This document shows, piece after piece, positions 58,382-64,000 of a stretch of DNA of 64,000 nt. Both the position numbers and the translations under genes were made by a program. Origin of the DNA: Candidatus Latescibacterota bacterium (GTDB taxonomy: Bacteria > Latescibacterota > UBA2968). Positions within the stretch are counted from its first letter, which is position 1. Each line of letters begins with the position of its first letter. Under the pieces are notes generated by a model. It made no database searches and had not been told where the DNA came from. It was given only the letters and a program-made list of their open reading frames with translations. The stretch is taken from assembly GCA_965204745.1 (NCBI GenBank), contig OZ242010.1:5120001-5184000 (forward strand), in the 5' to 3' direction.

Positions 58382-59956
58382 TCACATCCCCCAAACGCCG
58401 ATCTCAACCCCGCTGCTCGACATCCGGCGGCAGTGGAAAATTTTGTCCTTCCAACGCTTCCCCTCGCGCCGATCAAAAATCACCAAATGACCCGCCTCTG
58501 CATCGCAACGATCCATATACTCGGCGGTCTTTTCCAAGCCCTCGGCGATAGTGCGCTTCAAACTCTTGTGCAGAATTTTGCACTCGACCACGAACTTGCG
58601 CGGGCGCTCGCCCTGCGGCCAAATAATGTGCAAATCCGTACGCATGTGACCCAAACCATACTCGCGCTCGATATGTCCCCCACTGTTCACGATCCGTTGC
58701 AAAAACGCCTGCAACAACAACTGCGGTCCGGCCTCTCTGTATTGAAATCGCCCGACCCAGTGCTCGGAGTGCTCGCGGAAAAACACCTGAAACTCGACCA
58801 TCAACTTTTCCACATCCAAGCTGCCATCGGCATTCACATACCAAGCGGGGTCTTGGACGAGGCCCGTCTGCGTGGCGTACGTCAGTTCGCGCGGCACGAC
58901 CTCCGCGTAGATGGGATTGGCAATGCGGAGTGGGGTGTCTTGGGCGACCAAACCCAAGTCGCGGACGTACTCGAGGTCTCGGGTCGAAAACGCGCTCTGT
59001 TCGGTCCCGCTCAACAGCGGCTCAACAACGCGCCGCACGCGCTCCTCTTGGAGTTTGTCCGTCAGTTGATCGAGGTGCGTTTCCCGGCGCAGGATGAGTT
59101 GCTCGCGTGCGTGGAGGATGTCCGCATCGGTGATCTCGCGCCTCCGGTCTTCTGTAGCTTCGCCATAAAAGCAGGTCTCATCCGCCAGTGCGTTGACCAG
59201 CCACGGTTGCCCCTGCGTCTGCGTCCAAATCGTTTCCCGTGCGTCGGACGTGAACACCTGACCCGTCTCTTCGGTGTGCTGCGCGAGCAGGGCGAGCACT
59301 TGGTCCCGCGAAAAATCGCCCAAGCGCAAAGACCGCGCCTTAATGTTAAACGCACTCCCCCCAGTGATAATCGCATTGGACGAACGAGAGCGAATGCGGT
59401 AATCGCGCACGTCGCGTACTCCGCACAAAATCACACTTTGCGGAAAACGCTGCGGACGACGGTCATAGCCTGCGCGCAACTGTCGCAGCACGGACAGCAG
59501 GGCGTCTCCGAGCAGCGCGTCAATTTCGTCGATGAGCAACACGAGGGGCTTTGGGGCCGCCTCGGCCCAGCGCGTCAATGCCTCCTGTAAAGCAGCACCC
59601 GGTCCAAATTCAGCGAGGATATCGGACCATGCCTGGGACAAATATTCGTCGCCTATTGCGCGCGCCCGAGACGCCAACCCGGCCAAAATGGTGCGCGTCA
59701 CTTGTTCCACATCTTCGCGCATGGCCTGCCCGCCTTCGACATTGACATACACGCAACGGTAGTCGGCCTCGGCATTGAGCAAATCGCGCAGGGCGAGCAG
59801 GCCGGAGGTCTTGCCCGTCTGCCGGGGCGCGTGCATGACGAAATAGCGTTTGTCGCGGATGAGCCGGCGAATCTCATTGAGATTCAACCGTTCCAATGGC
59901 GGAATGCAGTAGTGATCCGCAACCACCACCGGCCCACTCGTATTAAAAAAGCGCAT
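58382..59956 (-). CDS. AAA-type ATPase with C-terminal PD-(D/E)XK nuclease-like domain (paralogue 2)
   Basis: 'MRFFNTSGP', 'APRQTGKT', 'LLIDEID', 'REYGLG..RTDL...VVECK', ends 'VWGM' like paralogue 1. Confidence 0.82.
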   Translation of the reverse strand: MRFFNTSGPVVVADHYCIPPLERLNLNEIRRLIRDKRYFVMHAPRQTGKTSGLLALRDLLNAEADYRCVYVNVEGGQAMREDVEQVTRTILAGLASRARAIGDEYLSQAWSDILAEFGPGAALQEALTRWAEAAPKPLVLLIDEIDALLGDALLSVLRQLRAGYDRRPQRFPQSVILCGVRDVRDYRIRSRSSNAIITGGSAFNIKARSLRLGDFSRDQVLALLAQHTEETGQVFTSDARETIWTQTQGQPWLVNALADETCFYGEATEDRRREITDADILHAREQLILRRETHLDQLTDKLQEERVRRVVEPLLSGTEQSAFSTRDLEYVRDLGLVAQDTPLRIANPIYAEVVPRELTYATQTGLVQDPAWYVNADGSLDVEKLMVEFQVFFREHSEHWVGRFQYREAGPQLLLQAFLQRIVNSGGHIEREYGLGHMRTDLHIIWPQGERPRKFVVECKILHKSLKRTIAEGLEKTAEYMDRCDAEAGHLVIFDRREGKRWKDKIFHCRRMSSSGVEIGVWGM

Positions 59957-59969
59957 AGCGATATTTCCT

Positions 59970-60073
59970 TCCGTGCGTGTTCTCATCCTCTCCGCCTCGC
60001 CACCCGTGCGTGCCCAACCTCTCCGCCTATCCGGCCGTGCCCCGCTCATCCACCCTGCCACCCGTGCGTGCCC
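59970..60073. repeat. CCCGTGCGTGCCC motif cluster (also at 58279)
   Basis: Copies at about 60003, 60061 and 58279 bracket ATPase paralogue 2. Confidence 0.6.
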
Positions 60074-60252
60074 ATCCCCCCGGCCCCGTTATTCGCTTCG
60101 CTCATTGTAGGCTACGCCTGTGCCTACAAGGAAAGGGGAGCATAGCTTGCTTGATGGATGAGAACAAGGGCTGTTTTTATGGCTTTGAGCCAGCGCATCC
60201 TGCGATTAAAAACCCGTCACACCACCCCTCGCAAAACCCATCTTCATTCCCC
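60074..60252 (+). repeat. REPIN/MITE-like element copy A (right arm truncated)
   Basis: ~120-bp core nearly identical to 61931-62050 and 62202-62320. Confidence 0.88.
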
Positions 60253-60253
60253 G

Positions 60254-60877
60254 TTAGCGGGGTATATTGGCACGCTGAATCTTATCCGTGCCCCGGTCTG
60301 TCCAGTACATCTTTCCGCGTTCCACATCCAGCGCGATGCCAACTGGATTGCTCGATGTTCTGATGATGAGGTCTTCGACATTCGAGCCATCGAGGTTGGC
60401 ACGCTGAATCTTAGCCGTGCCAACTATTTCCTTTATGTCCATCCAGTACATCATTCCGCGTTCCACATCCAGCGCGATGCCAACTGGATTGCTCGATGTT
60501 CTGGTGATGAGGTCTTCGACAATTGAGCCATCGAGGTTGGCACTGAGCCGTTGATCTTCTTCGATAATCAAGCCATCAAGGTTGGCACGCTGAATCTTCC
60601 TCGTGCCATAGTCCGTCCAGTACACCTTTTCACATCCCACATCCAGCGCGATGCCAACTGGCCTACTCAATCCTGTGGTGATGAGGTCTTCGACATTCGA
60701 GCCATCGAGGTTGGCACGCTGAATCTTAGCCGTGCCAACTATTTCCCCTATGTCTGTCCAGTACATCATTCCGCGTTCCACATCCAGTGCGATGTCCAAT
60801 GGATCCTCCAATCCTGTGGTGGTGAGGTCTTCAATTGATTGTTGTTTCTCGACGTAAGTATAAATTGCAAGGACCAA
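60254..60877 (-). pseudogene. YWTD (LDL-receptor class B) repeat domain; frameshifted C-terminal part of the kinase gene
   Basis: Four 'P.GIALDV....MYWTD....KIQRANLDGSNVED'-type repeats; overlaps the kinase ORF 3' end in another frame. Confidence 0.75.
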
Positions 60878-61907
60878 TCATGAGCACAACCACGCCCACG
60901 ACGATCCACACCATGCGACCTTCCTTACGATCCTTAACCGATTCTTGATCATGTGCAGGCTCAGGACGCTCAACATCGGGCGGTGGCGAGATTTCCGGCG
61001 CAGGAACCGGCGACGGATCATCAACAGGCGTGTCGTTCAACTCGGCGCGCCATTCGGACACACTTTGCGGACGGGCAGTCTCATCCACTTGTAGCGCGTG
61101 ATCGATAGCGGCGAGAAATTGGTGGCTCGCACGGCCCTTGCACCGATCCGAAACCGGAATCAGCGGATCGCGGCGCACCCTATCCATTGCCGGAATCGGC
61201 ACATCGTCGGTCAAGGCGCGATAGCACACGCACCCCAACGCATAAATATCTGTCCAAGGCCCTTGATTGCCCCGGCTTTCATATTGTTCGATAGGCGCGT
61301 AACCCGGCGTCACAATGGCTGTCACCGAACGGCTCATCGCACCCACAGCTTGACGCGCCGCGCCAAAGTCGATCAACACGGGCGAGCGATCCTCGGCGCG
61401 AATGACGATGTTGCCCGGCTTGATGTCCCGATGCAAAAAATCCGCACGATGCACCGCCGCCAAGCCATCGAGAATCGGATTCAGAATCGCCTTGAGTTCC
61501 GATTCGGTCAGCACCCCTTTGCGGTTGAGATACTCGGACAAAGTCTCGCCCTCGGCGTATTCCATCACGATATACGCCGTGTTGTGTTCTTCAAAAAAGC
61601 GATGCACCTTGACGAGATGGCGATGGTCAAATCGGGCTAAGGTGCGCGCTTCGTCCAAAAAGCGTTCCAGACCCCACTCAAAGTCGCCTTGAAACTCGCT
61701 CGCCTGCGGCACGACGCTGTTGTCGCTTGTGCGGATGGCGATATCCGAAGGCAGATATTCCTTGATCGCCACGGGTTTGTCCAAGTTGTGATCATACCCC
61801 AAATACGTCATGCCAAATCCTCCAAACCCGAGCACGCGCACCAGTTCGTATTCCTGGAGCCGATACCCATTGGGCAGGGCATTGATGGGTTGTTGTGCGT
61901 CGTTCAT
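60831..61907 (-). CDS. Hanks-type Ser/Thr protein kinase with TM helix (frameshifted before the YWTD domain)
   Basis: 'LG.GGFG.TY', 'VAIKEY', 'HRDIKPGNI', 'DFG', 'GYAP.EQ', 'D.YALG'. Confidence 0.9.
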   Translation of the reverse strand: MNDAQQPINALPNGYRLQEYELVRVLGFGGFGMTYLGYDHNLDKPVAIKEYLPSDIAIRTSDNSVVPQASEFQGDFEWGLERFLDEARTLARFDHRHLVKVHRFFEEHNTAYIVMEYAEGETLSEYLNRKGVLTESELKAILNPILDGLAAVHRADFLHRDIKPGNIVIRAEDRSPVLIDFGAARQAVGAMSRSVTAIVTPGYAPIEQYESRGNQGPWTDIYALGCVCYRALTDDVPIPAMDRVRRDPLIPVSDRCKGRASHQFLAAIDHALQVDETARPQSVSEWRAELNDTPVDDPSPVPAPEISPPPDVERPEPAHDQESVKDRKEGRMVWIVVGVVVLMIGPCNLYLRRETTIN

Positions 61908-62094
61908 GGGATCTATCCCCCGGCCCCTTTCCTACAAGGAAAGGGGAGCATAGCTTGCTTGATGAATGAGAACAAGGGCTGTTTTTATGGCTTTGAGCCA
62001 GCGCATCATGCGATTAAAAACCCGTCACACCACCCCTCGCAAAACCCATCCTAGTTCCCCCTTCCTCGTAGGAAGGGGGTTAGGGGGTAGGTCC
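61908..62094 (+). repeat. REPIN/MITE-like element copy B
   Basis: Inverted palindromic arms GGATCTATCCCCCGGCCCCTTTCCTACAAGGAAAGGGG ... CCCCCTTCCTCGTAGGAAGGGGGTTAGGGGGTAGGTCC. Confidence 0.88.
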
Positions 62095-62176
62095 TCATAA
62101 GGAAAGGGGAGAAGTGCTTCTTTGATGGCTTATATCAATAGCAGTTCCGATGGCTTTGTGCAAGGGCATGTGGCAT

Positions 62177-62398
62177 GGGACCTATCCCCCCGGCCCCCTT
62201 TCCTACGAGGAAAGGGGGAGCATAGCTTGCTTGATGAATGAGAACAAGGGCTGTTTTTATGGCTTTGAGCCAGCGCATCATGCGATTAAAAACCCGTCAA
62301 TCCCCTCTCGCAAAACCCATCCGCGTTCCCCCTTCCTCGCAGGCACAGGCGTAGCCTACAACGAAGCGTAGCGAGTAACGGGGTTAGGGGGTAGGTCC
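62177..62398 (+). repeat. REPIN/MITE-like element copy C (insert in right arm)
   Basis: Tandem with copy B; both preceded by CAT and followed by TCATAAGGAAAGGG. Confidence 0.88.
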
Positions 62399-62488
62399 TC
62401 ATAAGGAAAGGGAGAGTAGGGCTTTTTTGCTTAGGCTGTTTTTCATCGTCTTGCGCGAGTGAATAATGCCATGAAAAACCAAACCCTC

Positions 62489-63550
62489 TCATTCCCCGCT
62501 TGCAGAGGAGTCTGGGGTCGCTGGTTTCACGGCTTGCGAATCCGGAGGGGACATTTCCTCGCTGGGGGCCGGTGCATCCCGGTTGCTGGATTCTGCCGGC
62601 TGTGTGGAGTCGGCTTTTGCGGTTGGCGTTTCAACAGCAGGGGGCGTTTCAACAGCGGTTGGCGTTTCAACGGGCGTGGATTGCCAGAATTTGTATCCGA
62701 TCAGCGCGGCCAAAAAGACGGCGCTGATCGCGAGTCCGATCAGCCCTCGTTTGCGTTTTGCGGGTGGCTTGCCCGAGGCCGCGCCCCAGTCGGCTTCTGG
62801 GGTGTACAGCAAAACCGTCGCGTTGTCCTGATGGGGGTGTTCAACCGCTACCACGGCTTCGATGAGGGCGCGGGCGCTGTCTTCTAGTGTCGCGTTTCGC
62901 GTGTGCTGTAAAATGCGTGCGATCTCCTCATCGTCAAGCGTCATCAAGCCATCGCTTGCCAGCAACAGGCGGTCGCCTTTTTTGATTGCAACCGGTTGCG
63001 ACGAGACATCGATCAGGCGGATCTCATCGCCCATCACGGCCGAGCGCAGGGCGTGGCGTTTGGGATCGGTCGCCGCTTCTTCTGCGGTCATGCGCCCGGC
63101 CGCGACCAAATCCTCAAACACGGACGCCATAGAGTGATCCGCATTCAACCGGCGCAACCGACCTTCGCGGAACAACCACATCGGGGAATCGCCCACGCTG
63201 ATCCACTCGATGCCGCGCTGTGAAATGACCGCGGCCACCAATGTTGACCCCATGCCCATGAGGTGGGGATTTTCGGCTATGGCATCGGCAAGGGCGGCAT
63301 TGGCCTCGTCGAGGCAATCGCGCAGCCGATCCGCAATGGGCCCTGAAGCGCGTTGGTAGGACTCGACAAAGGTTTTGCACAACAGACTACTCGCTGTCGC
63401 GCCGCCGACGTGCCCGCCCATGCCATCGGCGACCACCACCATGCCATCGATGCCCAAGTCGCGCCCATCCAACAAGCCGTAATCGTCCTCTTGATACGGC
63501 CGGTTGCCGGGAATTTGCAATGCGGCGAAGCGCCCGTCTAATCGTTTCAT
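62489..63550 (-). CDS. PP2C family Ser/Thr phosphatase with C-terminal TM helix and low-complexity tail
   Basis: 'R..QED', 'VADGMGGH.GG..AS', 'GMGST', 'VGDS', 'LASDGL', 'DNAT'. Confidence 0.92.
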   Translation of the reverse strand: MKRLDGRFAALQIPGNRPYQEDDYGLLDGRDLGIDGMVVVADGMGGHVGGATASSLLCKTFVESYQRASGPIADRLRDCLDEANAALADAIAENPHLMGMGSTLVAAVISQRGIEWISVGDSPMWLFREGRLRRLNADHSMASVFEDLVAAGRMTAEEAATDPKRHALRSAVMGDEIRLIDVSSQPVAIKKGDRLLLASDGLMTLDDEEIARILQHTRNATLEDSARALIEAVVAVEHPHQDNATVLLYTPEADWGAASGKPPAKRKRGLIGLAISAVFLAALIGYKFWQSTPVETPTAVETPPAVETPTAKADSTQPAESSNRDAPAPSEEMSPPDSQAVKPATPDSSASGE

Positions 63551-64000
63551 TTTGTCGCGCTCTCTTTGAGGTCTTGCCAATCAAACCCGTCGCCGCACAG
63601 GGGCACAAAGCGCAACACGGTGTTGCCGATGGCGATGTGGCTCAGTGCGGGCAATTCGACCGGCGTCAGCACGGGGACATCGCCCAGATAGGTCAAATTA
63701 GTGCCGCCGCCGTGTTGCACGTAAAATTTTCTGCCGCGCGGATCGTACGTGACAACGGCGTGTTCGTTGCGCGAAATTTGATCATCGCCAAAATCGAGCT
63801 TGACGCGGTCCGTTGCCCCGCGCCCAATGGCATTCATGCCATAGCCGAGTTGCATCGCCCGCCCCTTTCCCGGCCCTTCAACGACGACCAGCCACCCCAC
63901 GACCGGGTCGGACATGGCATCGGATTTCTCGGCGCGTTCTCGCATGCGCGCCCTGTCTTCCCGCCGGTCGCGCCCTCCGACGATCTGCGTCTTTTCCTGA
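63547..64000 (-). CDS. FHA domain protein (5'-partial)
   Basis: 'VGWLVVVEGPG.G', 'IGR', 'ISR.EH', 'GTN.TY'; frame stays open to the window end. Confidence 0.85.
   Translation of the reverse strand, partial: QEKTQIVGGRDRREDRARMRERAEKSDAMSDPVVGWLVVVEGPGKGRAMQLGYGMNAIGRGATDRVKLDFGDDQISRNEHAVVTYDPRGRKFYVQHGGGTNLTYLGDVPVLTPVELPALSHIAIGNTVLRFVPLCGDGFDWQDLKESATK

Noticed and set aside
54895-59956. Diversity-generating retroelement (TR/VR) between the ATPase paralogues or YWTD repeats
   Set aside because: No reverse transcriptase in the window, and differences are not confined to adenines as far as I can see
2604-62415. Integron attC cassette array
   Set aside because: No integron integrase and no consistent RYYYAAC...GTTRRRY boxes around the cassette-like genes

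Overview
A GC-rich bacterial chromosomal window. The gene content (PhyH and Gfo/Idh/MocA enzymes, paralogous AAA-ATPase/nuclease genes, YWTD repeats) suggests a sponge-symbiont-like lineage; this is inference only. Housekeeping blocks are ispDF, frdBCD (no frdA), glnK-amtB, pgk-tpiA-secG-tRNA-Leu(GAG), moaB and a complete alternative complex III (actABCDEFG) plus SCO and caa3 oxidase operon. These are interleaved with carbohydrate-redox genes and accessory defence/TA genes: hicAB, a GmrSD-like + DUF262 + HEPN trio, AIPR, a nucleotidyltransferase and two AAA-PD-(D/E)XK paralogues. The most striking signal is non-coding. An intact IS110 (IS621-like) element at 30716-32005 carries a bridge RNA that can be decoded by eye: its donor loop matches the element's own circle junction (AGAGTAT-CT-TGTAT), and its target loop points at a purine-rich heptamer microsatellite family (RAGASGN)n. 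That heptamer is one of several short repeat modules (7-mers, 9-mers, palindromes, REP/REPIN-like units) concatenated at gene 3' ends. The modules often supply stop codons, and several accessory genes sit between direct repeats like cassettes. TnpB and IS982 remnants and several truncated genes are also present. All calls come from motif recognition by eye; no searches were run.
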